A stretch of DNA of 60,000 bases from Callorhinchus milii (Eukaryota), in assembly GCF_018977255.1 (NCBI RefSeq), contig NW_024704743.1:47990001-48050000 (forward strand), read 5' to 3'. The position numbers were made by a program, and so were the translations under genes. Shown piece by piece: positions 39,028 through 52,480 of this stretch. The notes under the pieces were generated by a model, which ran no database searches, had not been told where the DNA came from, and worked only from the letters and a program-made list of their open reading frames with translations. Position 1 is the first letter of the stretch; every line of letters begins with the position of its first letter.

Positions 39028-39339
39028 ACACAATACTTCCAAACAGAAAGATGACCTCATTGGTTCATTTTTCCCTACTATTGGTAATCTTGATGGAAAA
39101 TCATTCTCCTTTGCTGCTTTCTGTTCTAACCTCATGCGCCCATGACTTAACACCAAGTTCTATCCTCATCATTTTTTTGGTCAGCCGGGTGTTCTGACAC
39201 AATATGCCTTAAGAGTCTTCAAACCGGATTGAGAGTTCCACATAAGTCTGCTACCAAAACAAAAATTTCTCTGTGGATCGAATGGAATTAATGCTCTCTC
39301 CCTAGAGGGATGACCCTAATTATTTAATTATGAAAAGTA

Positions 39340-39795
39340 TTAAGCGCATGTTGGCAAGAGATAAGGCTAGGACACCCCAGAACGTGTGGATGGGACCCTG
39401 TTGGAGTTCAACCAGCTAAAATTAAATATGTTGCCATTGAGAGCACTATCTGGCAAGTTTCCCACTACCTGTCCAGCTAGCACCACCTTACCCATTAGGG
39501 ATTCGGCTTGCAGGTTTATTAGAAGCTGAATGGGAAAAAGCCATGCTCCCAGTCACCTGTCTGTCCTCCAAGTCCTCCTGCCAATGAGACGAGCTGGCTA
39601 GTCTGTCAATGAGCAATGCCCTGGAGTACTGTGGACCTGCTTGGCTCAGGAACCTGACTACCGAAACTGGCACAGAGGATTGACTCAATTCTGACATTTG
39701 TTGCCAAGTACGTCAACTTGCTGCCAGCTCAGCTCCAAGAGACCCCGCTTACCTCTTCCCCAAGGAGGATAGTCACGAGTTGGTCATTCTCACCA
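39340..39795 (-). repeat. Unclassified interspersed repeat, copy B
   Basis: Colinear with 48660-49040 and reverse-complementary to 21945-22060 plus 25746-25900. Confidence 0.7.
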
Positions 39796-42674
39796 CATAT
39801 GTCAGCTCCTTAGCTCCTTGCACTTTCACTTTGCAAGTGTATTAAAATGTAATTCAAATGTATTAAAATGTAATCTAATACTGAAAATTCTCTACCTAAC
39901 CTTATACTATATGGAAGCAGTTTTTCTGAACATGTGCTATATGATGGAACATTGGCTACAGGAGTCCGTGACGAATGCAGACTTTGACCTGCTGTTCTTG
40001 TACTTCCGTTGAAATTGATATTTTGGTACTGTACTTATGTGACACACTTACTCAGATGAATTATACTACTCCAAGTTCTATCTCATCTATTGGTAAAGTG
40101 TTATTTATTTAACTGTCTAGAATTTATTCCCTGCCACTTGTTTGATATACAGCAGAAAAAAAAATTGGAATAAGGTATGAGCAAGAATTCTGTATTTGAC
40201 TGACTGTCATTTAGATTCATGCCCAGGAACTTTAGATTATTTTCTCCTCCTTGCTTCAGCACCAACCTGCTGATGTTTTATTCTCTATTGAACCAGGATT
40301 GTGCTCATTCTTTTTCATTTATTCAACTGAATTCACCAGGATGCAGTCTGTACTGTAAGTCAACAGTTGTAAGCGTGCAAACTAGCAAACACAAGTATAT
40401 TTCGCTAATGCACTTTATTGTGATATTGTGTAATGAGAATTGTTACATTAACAGTGAAATACAATAGTGCACATTGTTCAAAATTAAGTCCCATTTGTTA
40501 TTCAATTTCCCAGTTACTAACCATCCATCAATTTTCGTGGTAAAATCTCCTCAGAAGAGCTTGCTTTCTGACCCTAGTCTAATCGTCAAATTTAAACACA
40601 GTCTTTTTAACTCTAAAAGTCTTTATTTAATATCATAAAGAGTAACAGTTCTAAAACTGAGTCTCGAGGGATCCAATGGTCACAGCTTCCCAAGTTAAAT
40701 CATTTTGATTGATAATCATCTCTTGTTTTCTTGTCAATTACGTTTTCATCTTGCTTTCCAATAACTTTCACTTTTTTCATGAATTTCTTGCGAGTAACTT
40801 TATTGAATGCTTTCTAGAAGTCAAGGTACATAATAATGATTACTTATCTCATTTAGTACTGGTACATCTGCCAAGAACGATTTAAAAATGTTGGGCATGA
40901 GGTGCCTTTCATGCTGGCTTGAACCTATTCAATTGAATTTCACAGAATATGCCTGAACTGATTCATTTATAATCATATTAGTATTGATTTTTTAAAAACA
41001 AAATTACAATATCCAGTATAAAATTATAGACCATGAAATATATTTTTATTACTGTAGTTTACAAATATGAATAACACAAAACATTTGTGATTTGCAACCT
41101 ACACCCATGGAATAAATAAGACTAGGAAAGTATTATCTGTCAATGCTTGGATAGTACATAGACAATTTTAGAAATTAAATTTCCATATGTTCGTAGCATA
41201 CATATATGGAACTCTGAGTCTGGTTTGGATGTTCTTAAACATGGTAATGAGTTTCTGCATATGTCAGACACTGGATATGAATCTAAATGTCAGTCAGTCA
41301 AGTACAGAATTGTTCTACAGACAAGGAGACAAGAAGTGATTATCAATCAAAATGATTTAACTTGGGAGTTATAACCGTTAGATACCTCAAGAATTAGATT
41401 GGCACTAACTACAAAATCACGAGATAGCAATCTGGAGCATTTAGCAGGCAGATACCCCCCACCTCCCCCTGGAATGGCTGAGTCAATTGAAGCAGTCCAA
41501 TTGTTACTATGGGTGAGATCAACTAACTCATCACAGTCTAAAAACAAATCAGAAGCATTCTAGGCAAGGCTTCCTGGCTTAGTGCTATACTCTCCAGTGC
41601 TTTTACTGACGAGGGCTTTGAGGCATTTATTTATAACAGGTAGAACTTTGTTTTTAATTCATCAATCTTTTGTCATTATTTGTGCCTTATTCTCTTTGCT
41701 GCTTTTTTGGCTTTGACAAGTTTTTGGCAAAACTTCTAATTTTTAAAGTCAAAAGGGTAAATTAGAGATAAGGTGGTAGTTTGAGAAGAGAAGTGGGATT
41801 TTGAAGAAGGGTGTGAGGAACAGAAGCTAAAGAAAGGGCAACATTAATATTGTTGGCGTATCTTGGTTCAAAAAGAGGCTGTTGTGTTTTGAGGGTCTGT
41901 CAAGCAAACAAGTTTTAGGTCTAACAGTAGATTTGAGTCTAAATGGAGCTAGGGGAGATGCGAGGAAAAGGGACTCCATTCTCTTCCTGTTGGGGAATGC
42001 TTGACATCTAATGATGACTCAACTGAGATGGGTTAACTCACCAGGTGGAAAGTTATAAACAATAGCAAACTACATCGCTAAACTTCTTTTTCTACCAAGT
42101 ATCATTTTACATTTTATTGTATAGCTAGCACACAATTAACAGTGACTTGATAACGTGCCATCTGCTATTCTAAAGCTCACTGAATGAGCTAGTAATATTG
42201 TTCATTAGAGAGGTAATTCTTGATTTGTATGTATTTATGATGTGTTTATTACTTCCTTGAATTGGCAAATGGTTCCTGACAGGAATAAACGCTTCTATAA
42301 TAAATAAAAACGCCAAGAACAGCATGCATCACCATTAAATATCAATACATTTGAAGCCAGAACATGTTTAAGAAATTGTACCATTTGACTTAGAGAGCAG
42401 TACGCTTTTCTTTCTAATTTCTATTTGAATGTTTTTCTTCTGTTCATTGAGGTGAGAAATGTTAATGATGGGGTATGTAGCACTTTGGTTACTTGTCAAC
42501 ATCAAAATCTCCCTAGTCACGTTCAGTTCAACAAGGCCAGAATTAATTAAAAAAATCTACTTTCTATCGACAGTGGTGCTTAACCTCAACTTCAGTGAAT
42601 CATTCCTTACTATACCAGTGATGGATCACAGGAGCAAAAGGCACATAAACTGAATTGTGACTTTATGTCACATC

Positions 42675-42830
42675 TTGATCCTTTAATGTCAGCTCTTCCT
42701 ATTGTTGTGAAGCAGAATTCACCAAGCATTTTATTGTTCATCCAGTAACAGGGAACATGAGCTGGGATTAGACAATTGTGGGACAGGATATCTTACCCTA
42801 CTGATGATGTGTTGTTGCATTAGTAATTCT
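42675..42830 (+). pseudogene. Decayed 28S rRNA fragment (peptidyl-transferase / A-loop region)
   Basis: TTGATCCTTTAATGTCAGCTCTTCCTATTGTTGTGAAGCAGAATTCACCAAGC...GGGAACATGAGCTGGGATTAGAC...TACCCTACTGATGATGTGTTGTTGC follows the conserved eukaryotic LSU rRNA sequence, with CpG decay. Confidence 0.9.
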
Positions 42831-43685
42831 CCACCGTCACCATCTTCACTTTCACTACCCAAAGAAATTATCACAAATAAAGACGTTAGGTCTAAAATTT
42901 AATACTCACAAATTGGATTTGTTTCATCAATTCCAATTTCCATTTTTCAAATATTAGATTGTGAATATTGGAAACAAATAGCTTCCTGGGCATTTGTGAG
43001 ATCAAATGGGCTGAAGGGCATTTTCATCCATCCACTCTTGTGAGCATCACTTCATTACTTTTGTTTTCAATGTCCTTTTGAATAAACCTTTATTCAATTT
43101 TCCCCTTTTTATTCCATCTGCAATTTTGAAAATGTGTATGTCTGCTTCCAATCCATTCTGTTCCTTTCTTCCTTGGATAGTTTTCTTTTCAGTTTTTTTA
43201 TAATATTTTTCCAAAATACATTGCTGTGTATTGAACATTGTTTGTCATAAGCAGGAGCTCTGATCCATGGCAGAAAGCTATTAGGACATGTCTTACATGA
43301 AGCAAGCTTAATCTACATTGGTCTTTAATATTTAATGTGAGAAGAAAAACACTAAAGAGCCCTTCACCTTTTCTTCTTAATGCAATCCCAGAGAACTGTT
43401 TCCAAACAAAGTTGACATCCACTGGGACCTCAATAGATGGTCATAAAAAGCAATAATAGGAACAGATGTCCTGTATTTTCAGTCTCTTCCCATTGCCCCC
43501 TCATTTGCTTCTTCAGATTGCACCTGAATACCTTCCTCTTCAGCAGGGCCTACAGTTACCTCCTTCTCTCCCTGGCTCATCATCAAGCTCTGCCACTGTT
43601 AAGTGCTCTGAGACACTACCAATGTTTTTGGCACAGCTATTAAACAACACCTTTGCAATCCCCTCTTGAACAATATAAAGCACTC

Positions 43686-43999
43686 GTAGCTCAATGTTAA
43701 AGACTGTGAGTAGAATGCACAAGATTCCCACCTCTCGCGCAATTCACAGGTCAAAACCTTGGGCAAGTTTCCTTACTCCACAAGCCTGATAATAATCCCT
43801 CAAACAAAAAAAAACAATTATAAATTGATCACTTCAATCCACGACTATTTAAGGGACACTGCTGTGCGCATTTGGCTGCCGTGTTTCGCCCACAAATATA
43901 CTGTTAATTTGCTTTACAGTATATTCTGCAAAGTGCTTTGAGATGTCTAGAAGACGTGAAAAGTGCTATATCAAATGCAAGGATTATTATTATTATTAT
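43686..43999 (+). mobile_element. tRNA-derived SINE, short subfamily, degraded head
   Basis: CCTTGGGCAAGTTTCCTTACTCCACA...AAATGCAAGGATTATTATT. Confidence 0.85.
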
Positions 44000-44439
44000 C
44001 TTGGAGCTGGAGAACACATGAGACCCATGATTCAACCTGCATTGAATGGCCTTCAGCATATCTATGAGCGTAATACGAGACACTAGACTGAAAACATTTG
44101 GAGGTTATGAAAGCAATATAAGTGTGTATCCTCTGAGCATTATGATGTTTCCTGATCTTGTACAAAGCTACAACCTGCCCTATAAATTTTTTGAGGGAAT
44201 GAAAGTCAGCTTGTTCCTTCCTGATCAGACCACAAAATTAGCCACTGTAACACTTATCTACTATCTCTTTGATCTACTGGTTCTTGTTGTGTGAAATGAA
44301 ATGGAATTGGCTGGAATTAGCAACACAACTTTGAGTTACCTTTGTAAAGTGCCATGTGTGTTGCTAATTATTAGCCGTCAGATCCCATAACTCTCATAAT
44401 ATGTAAGATTTATATTATTAGAAGCGGTAGCATTTGTTA

Positions 44440-46415
44440 GCTTGCCTCAGTTGGTTGCACTTTTATTTCTGGGCTGAAGTTATGGGTTCAAGTCATACAT
44501 CAGGATTTTGCCTTCACAGCCATGGCTAATACTCTATTGCTTCACTGGTATTTGTTGGCGAATGCAGAAGCCAATTTATACACAGCAAAATTCAAACAAC
44601 CATGGGTTGAATGATGAATCTGTAGGAAAACAGAACCAGGAAGAGGCCATTCAGCCCAGCAAGCCTGTTCCATCAGTGTATTAGATCTTGGCAGATCTTT
44701 TAATTCCCATGCCCCACTCTTTCATAGAGTCTTGGAGTGCTTAACAGTGGCTTGAGATTCAACTGGGGGAAATGGGAGATGATAAGGTTTGTGGGTTCAC
44801 ACCTTAATATTTCAACTACAACAACCCAAGTATCTGTCTATCTCTTTTTCCAACATTAATATTGATTCCATCTCTATAATTTTCTGGAGTAGAGCAATCT
44901 ATAACTTCACAACCCTCTGTGTGAGGAAATGCCTCCAGACTCAATTGTTACTGCCTTATTTCTGATATTTTGGTAATGGTATCCCATGTGCTAACAATAA
45001 TTTGTGTAAAACAAAATTCTCATAACGTCTTTTAGATTTTTTTAGTAATGATGTTAAATTAATACCCTCTAAATCTTGATATCTAACATGGTTTAATATC
45101 TCATCTGAAATATGGTACTCCAACAATCCTGTGCTCCCATTACTTCACTGGCATTGGAATATCTGCCTAGACTATGCACTCAGATTTCGATGCGTGCTCA
45201 AATCCACAATGTACTGATACAGAGACACGAGTGCTGCAAACTGAGCCAGCAGACATCTATAAAAGTCCATGACATGTCCTGACCAACAATGCTCCAGATA
45301 AATTGACCATTCGCATCAAGGCTGTTTGTGGGTTCCTTGCTGTGCACAAATTGGTTGCCGTGTTTGCCTACGATTATTTTTCCTGGCACTTGACTGTGAT
45401 TATCATGTGAAGCACTTTGAGATATTTTGACATTATAGGTGTTATATCAAAAGTGAGGATTATTATTAGTTGATGTGATAATCCACCATTGTTTTGTGCT
45501 CACAGATTAAAGAAATCCAAAAACATATAATTTATAGCACAGAAAAGGAAATTGGAGGTCATTAAACATATTGTGCCTGCACCAGCTCTTTGAAAGTGTT
45601 TCAATCTCATTTCCCTACCCTTTCAACTAATATAACTCACTTAATATTTATCTTTTTCCACATTTGTCCAATTTCCTTTTAAAAGCGTTATTTTTTGGTA
45701 AGGGCATTCTGTATCCTAACAAACCTCTGTAGAAAACAAAATTCTCTTAAAGTCTCACCTAGATTTTTTTNCTTCATAATAATATTAAATTGGTTTCAGT
45801 CTGACTCAATTCGTAGCACATTTGCCTTTGAATCAGGCCTCATGTTGGGATTTTGAATTCACATAACCTAGGCGGCATTGTTGGGAGGTACCATCGTTTG
45901 GATGAGACATTAAACTGAAGTCCCGTCTGCCTGTTCAGGTGGATACTATTCAAAAAGAGAAGGGAATTTCTTCCAATATCCAGGACAACAAATTCCCAAC
46001 TAAAAATTAGTCATTCACTCCATGGTTGTTTGTGGAACATGGCTTCCACAATCACCTATAGTGTTTTGAGCCATCGTCCTGAAGTGAAATGTTCTATACC
46101 AAATGTAAAAATTATTATTTGTTTTTAAATTAATATCTTCTAATTGCTGACTCGCAAATGAAAGGAAACAAAAAAACTCATAATTTTGCATCATGTCTCC
46201 TCTCAATCTTTTTAATTCAGTGAAAATAGCCCCAGTTCCTTAGTCTTATATTCTTACCACAAACCTCTCATCCCTGGTATCATCTTAATGAATCTCCTCT
46301 GTACTCTCTCCAAGGCCTTGACATCTTTTCTAAAGTAGGGCACTCAGAATTGGACACAATACTCCCAGCCGCAACCTAACGAATGATTTGTACAAGTTCA
46401 GCACTACCTCTTTGT
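44440..46415. mobile_element. Mosaic of degraded CR1 fragments (minus) and old SINEs, including a SINE at ~45795-46120
   Basis: GGCCATTCAGCCC and CAGAATTGGACACAATACTCC CR1 motifs; SINE head/core GGATGAGACATTAAACTGAAGTCCCGTCTGCCTGTTCAGGTGG. Confidence 0.6.
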
Positions 46416-46900
46416 GTTTGCTCCCTTGGTACTTTACTAGTGTGTACTGTGACAGATTGCATTAGTGGTCCCAGATATGTGTAACTGAATGTTAGCCACT
46501 TTGAATTGCTTCAGAATACATAATGGTACACGTGATAGACTAGATAATAACTGACTAATCATTTTGAAAGATATACAGTGCTGAGTACTTGCTATTTGAT
46601 AAATTATTAGTTTCATAGCTTATACCACATAAGATTTATTGGGCATAGTGCATTCATTTTTGTTAGTTTATTGTGAATGAGATTGCCTGGGTATTAGATG
46701 TCCCTCCATGTTCTCTCAGTTTACAGTGTATAATATTGCTATGGCTGTTACCTATTTGATAATAGTCCCTTGTTGTAAATATTCTATTGGAATTTTGGCC
46801 TGAGTCATCTCATCCCTGATTCCTTTCCTATATTTAGCGTACAAATTTGACCAAGTATTATAAATCTGATGTCTTATCACTGTCCTAATATGTGATTGGC

Positions 46901-47830
46901 ATAACAACAACAATAAATTACATTTGTATAGCGCCTTTCATGTTAGGAGGATGTCCAAAGGGCTGAACAGTCAGGGATTTGGACCCAAACTGGGGGTTGG
47001 GAACAGAACGAGTGGAGGGTAGGGAGGACTGATGTAGAAGGGTGACTGAAGGCGCGGTCAAAGAGGAGAGTCTTGAGACAGGCCTTGAAGGAGACAAGGG
47101 AGGGAGTGAGGTGAAAGGACTGTGGGATGGAATTCCAAAGAGTGTGGCAGAGAGGCCAATGGTGGAGCAGGCCGGAGCCTATTGAGCAGAGGGAATGCAT
47201 AGGTCTTTATGGAGTTAGCAGATTCACAGAGGTAAGGAGGAGCAAGGCACGGAGGGCTTTGAAGGGAGGACGAGGATTTAGAATTCTATCTTCTGAGAGA
47301 TGGGGAGCCAGTGGAGCCAGCAAGGATGGGGTGATAGGATCACAGAGCCTGGTGCGGGAGAGGACACGCACCAGTGGAGTTGGCATAGTCGAGTCAGGAT
47401 GTGATGAATGTGTGGATTAGGGTTTTGGCAGGCTGAGGGGAGAGGCAGTGGCAGAGCCGAGGGATGTTGTGGAGGTGGAGGAAGGCAGAGTGGGTCATGG
47501 CATTGATGTGGGGTAGAAAGGACACTTTAGAGTCAAACAAGATGCCAAGGTTCCAGTCTGGCTTAGTAGGGCACCATCCATCGAATGTGCATCGATGAAT
47601 GGTGAAAAGCTATCAGAAGGGTCTTGTCGACGTTCAACTGTAGAGAGTCAGCTCTCATCCAGAACGATGTTTCACAGACAATCCATCAGGACTGCAGAAT
47701 GAGTTGAGTGTGGAAGCAGAGAGATAGAGTTGGGTGTCATCCAGATACATGCAGACCCCATCTCTGCAGATGATGTTGCCAAGGGGAAGCATGTAGATGT
47801 TGAAGAGGAGAGGACCAATGATAGAGCCCT
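46901..47830 (-). mobile_element. L2-clade LINE fragment
   Basis: Reverse complement of the L2 tail, the NLGILFD region and a degenerate YADD region (GGGTGTCATCCAGATACATG). Confidence 0.85.
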
Positions 47831-48091
47831 TTTTGAAAGGATAGGGAAAGGATTTGATTTCTAATACTCTTTCATTAAAATGTTAATGATTTACTGCATA
47901 TTCCCTCTCATGGTTCCCTCTTAATCTTCCTGATTGTGGAGTGTATGTGATCGGTGAATCGGCTATCTCTTTCTATCTACACAGTTTGTTATGAATATTA
48001 TTCTCATTATATCAGCTCTTATCCTCAATATTATCCAGATGTGCAGACTCTTCCAGTGACTACATTATACATTCCATGTGCAGAATATGTC

Positions 48092-48540
48092 CAAACAACA
48101 ACAAATACAATTTGCATTTATATAGTTTCCTTCAGTAGGATAAAGTCACAGAGTTCTTTAAAAAGACAGAGTGAATGCTGAGCAGGGGAAAGGGAGTTTG
48201 GCTATCATTTGTGGAGAGAGGTGGGGGACATGCAGCAAGGCCGAGGCGGCTGAGTGGGGGAGGGGGAGGGGAGAGCAAGCAGAGGAATGAGGTAGGAGAA
48301 GATCATAAAAATAGGGAGGTGCTGGGTGTGAACTGATTTACAGGTGACGGTGAAGACCTTGAAATCAACCTGCAGGGAGACAATGGAGCCTGGCAAGCAC
48401 TGTGGGTGTGTGGAGTTTGGTGTGAGTGAGGATACAGGCAACAGAGTTTTGGATAAGTTGGAGCTTATGGTTAGTGGAGCAAGGGAGACCAGAGAGGATT
48501 GCATTTAAAAAGTCCAGGTGGGAGGTAACAAATACATCTC
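48092..48540 (-). mobile_element. Older L2 3' fragment
   Basis: FVTSHLDFLNAILSGLP...KLQLIQNSVACILT. Confidence 0.75.
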
Positions 48541-48639
48541 TATGCTTAAGAGTATGCAAACCAGACTGAGAACTCCATATATTTCTATAAGTCTCGAATG
48601 GAATATACACTCCCTCTCTACAGGACGCACCCTGCTTAC

Positions 48640-49910
48640 CAAATTCTGGTAAATAACAGGGTACATTGGAAAGAGCCTGAGCTTGGGAACCCAGTGTGTG
48701 GGTTGGGGTACTGCTGGAGTTTAAAACTATGTAGCTTGCCATTGAAAGCACTGTCTTCCATGTTTCCCACTGCTTCTCCAGCTAGGACCACTGTACCATG
48801 TTGGAGTGCAGAGATAGCAAGAGCTAAGTCGGATGAATCCCCTGACTGGTCCCTTCAAGTCCTGCTGATGAACCAGAGTACTGCAGACCAGCCTGGATCA
48901 CAAATAAGACTACTGAGACTGTGACAGAGGAATGATTCCATTGTGACATCCTGTTATTAAGCATATCACCTTGGAGCCAGATGAGCTCCAAGGAGGTCCT
49001 GTTTACCTCCCCCAAAGGGAATAATTACTAGTTGGTCATATTAAATCTGGCAAGCGGAGGTTTGAGCCCTCACTAGGTTGATTGCAGGTATCAGGAACTT
49101 AATAATAATCCTTGCATTTGATATAGTGCTTCATGTCTTCTAGACATGAATATAGTGCTTCATGTCTTCTAGACGTCTCAAAGTGCTTCACAGAATATAC
49201 TGTAAAGTGAATTGACTGTATATTTGCGGGCGAATTGCTGCAGCAAGTTGTGCACAGCAGTGTCCCACAAACAGTTGTGGATTGATTGACCAAATTATTA
49301 TTTATTGATTTATTTATGCTTTGAAGGGATTATTAGCCCCGGAAAAGCGATTCACTAATCGACTAACAACCAGATTCCTACTTATTGCTTAGTAAACAGA
49401 TATGTGTGGAGTAAGGAAACATGCCCAACATTTCGCCCTGCCAGGAATCGAACCCAGGTCCCCCTCTTGCTTGTAAGGCGAATTCTCTAACCACTGAGCT
49501 GCAGGATTCCAGAACTTCCTGGTGAACATCACAGCTCAGCATGAATTGTGTGAGAGCATTTCCACTATTTTTCTGCTCACAGCTAGGACATTCATCCCCT
49601 CCTATCCACTGAGCGATGTTTCAACCAATTGGAGCAGCAGCTACTTATCTCTCTGCAAACTAATCAAGGTGGCTTCCAAGCCCTGAACATATGAATATGG
49701 TTTCGCCAACTTGGACTCCAGGTAACTCCATCCAGCAGCTGTCATTCCAAGCACGAGAGTTTCCTCATCAGCCATTCGACAGAAATCTGCCTTCAGGGTA
49801 GTGGAAAACAGGACAGCTTGTGATGTGACAGCCACCTTGATGTTCCTCCAAATCCAATGCCCCCTACCAGGCATACAAGCACCAATTGCTTGTACCAGGT
49901 CCTCATGTGA
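48640..49910 (-). repeat. Unclassified interspersed repeat, copy C, interrupted by a SINE
   Basis: Longest copy; homologous to copies A and B on both sides of the SINE. Confidence 0.75.
49101..49511 (-). mobile_element. Full-length tRNA-derived SINE, long subfamily, with GAACTT target-site duplication
   Basis: A and B boxes on the minus strand; GAACTT at 49095-49100 and 49512-49517. Confidence 0.9.
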
Positions 49911-51559
49911 GGGTTTTTAGCAAATATGATTCATATTATTACTATTAAATAGATATGCCTGCTGTGGAGCCGACTCCACCTCCAGGATGCTCAACAATCT
50001 AGGCCGGAGCCCTCCTTCCCTGTTCCCTCTTTACCACAAATCCTTCTTACTGTTTGGACTTCACAAGGAAACCTCTTTGTTGCATGATCAGGAGCTCAGA
50101 AGCATAAAGGAGAACTTTTGAACACATCTCTTATACGCTAGAAGCTTAACATGCATTGGGACCTTGCTGCCCTGAAAGAGAGTGAGAATGATAAGAGTGA
50201 CGTTCTCTGCGCAGTCCTGCAGGACAGTGTCCAAGCAAACGTTGCTGTTCTTGACAAATCTTTGACCGTCAAGCACCTTGGGACATCCTCCCGACATGAA
50301 AGGCGCTACACAAATATAATTTGTTATTGTCCGCCACAACTCCCAAATTCCAACAAAAATCAAGACGATACTATTAAGCATTCCGAGATGCTACCCCTGA
50401 AGGGTGTTAACTAAATGCAAATTGTTGTTGTTTGTTGTTGTAAAACCCGACTTGTGGGCATCCACCATCACTAAAAGTGTCTGTTATTACCTATTTGATT
50501 CCCTGCCTTTTATCCATCTCTCAGTATGTTGTGTCTGTTATTACCTATTGTTGTCTGATTTCTTGCGCTCCCCTGCATTCCTCACTCTCATTGTGCAGTT
50601 TCTGTTATTAGTAGAATATTTAGTTGGTTTATTTACTGTTATTCTACCAGTATGAAATGTATGAAATTGTAGTACTATTGATAAAAGGTGCAGTTTAATC
50701 TGTTCTATTTAGTTCAACAAAACTCTGTAGTTTAGAGCTGTGCATATCTTAGAGCTGCATTTAACTAAACAATAGGCTTTATGCAAGTCCCTTGAATGGG
50801 AGCAAGGTAAGTTTTACAGTTGTACATAACCAACCACCCCTTGATATATTCATTGTGCAGAGTTCCTTACCACTGACAAGCTTAGAGCAGACCCCTTTAT
50901 ATTGACTTAATCATCATTCATTAACTAATCATCATAATCATATTGGGTAAGATCCACCTAATATGCTGCCGTGTAGCATCTCTTATTGTGTGATCTGTGA
51001 TTTGAATCATCTCCTGACAACCTCATTGTGTAAAATACATAAAATTGCTTATTAATTAGCCATTGGATTGCATGATACTCACTCAATCTGCATTGGATGG
51101 GAGAATTTGGAAATCAGTTTTGTTTATTTCCTGATAACCTCTTACGAAGCACAGTATGAATTGATTGGTTATCAGCCATTAGATATCATGATGCTCACTC
51201 ATTATGTTGTCTATATGATTGCCTCTATATGAGATAACATCATTTTGCTTATGCAGTGAAATCACAACGAGCTTGATATCTTTGCATTTGATATGTAACA
51301 ATATCATCTGTCAGCTCATGTCACAGCGCTCTGAGTCACCATCATGAGTGAAGGGTGCTATATAAATGCAAGTTGTTGTTGTCAACTATGAGGGGAAAAT
51401 GAAGGCAGCAGGGGCCAAACAGTAGCACACACATACCTGAGAATTGGCCATTGCTCTTTAACCTCCTGTTGTTGTTGGTCCCATTCAGTACAAACTCCAG
51501 CGCAGAATACATGTGCCATACTGGAATAATATAGTTTCATTGTGGGAAAAGATGATGAA

Positions 51560-52480
51560 ATGTATGCAAATAGTGTAACAATATAATTTTTGCATGTGAT
51601 ATAGCACATATAATTGAAATCCTCCAAACACTTCACAGGTAATTATTATCAAGTAGAGTTACTGTGTATTTATGGGCAAACATGGCAGTCAATTTGCTCA
51701 CAGAAAAGTAGTGCACAAAGCCGTTAAGTGAATAACAATTTATCTGAAAAATTATTGTCCAGAATTTCGGGAGAAATCTCTGCCCTTTTTGAATAGGGCA
51801 AGTGTTCATTAATGTCCTTCGGAACAGGGATTAATTTAACATCTCACAAGATTGAGACTCTTCAGCCTATTTATCTCTTCCTTCCAGAATACCCACTCAT
51901 CTGAAGGTCAAGTTCACTTCCCATGTAGCACACCTCCATTATTGCCCTTTAATGCCAACTTAGCCTGTGATCTCAACTCTCCCATTGGTTTTAAATCTAC
52001 AACAATCTGACTAGCAGAAGATGAGAATGCTACTTACTGAGTCAAACTGATACCTCTCTCTCGTGCATGTGCAGTAAGAGGCAGAAGAAATCCGGCACAG
52101 ATGTAAGATAAATGCAGGAAAGTTAGTATGACACATAATTGGAACCTGTTAAATTAGTTACAATTTCATAGCATCTCAAGGCAGATTAGGGTGGAGACTT
52201 TTGGCCATTTGATTTTATTCTCCTTTCAGTGTATCCAAACCCTATCTTCTAGCCATTCCAACACAAAAACCGTTTCTTAAATGAGTCAACAACAACAGCA
52301 ACTTGCACTTATATAGCGGCCTCCGCTCAGGGTGGCGTCTCAGAGCATTTAACAGTAGCGGAGCCTGACTGCGAGCCGGGGAGGAGGCTGTAAGCACAGT
52401 CAAGCAGGAAAGTCTTCAGGCAGGACACGAGAGAGGGCAGAGAGAGGGCAAGGTGGAAGAATTGAGAGAGTGTTCCAGTC
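51560..52480 (-). mobile_element. Old SINE (~51560-52050) and L2 tail (~52287-52480), the last recognisable repeats in the window
   Basis: SINE tail and core motifs; CAACAACAGCAACTTGCACTTATATAGCG. Confidence 0.6.
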
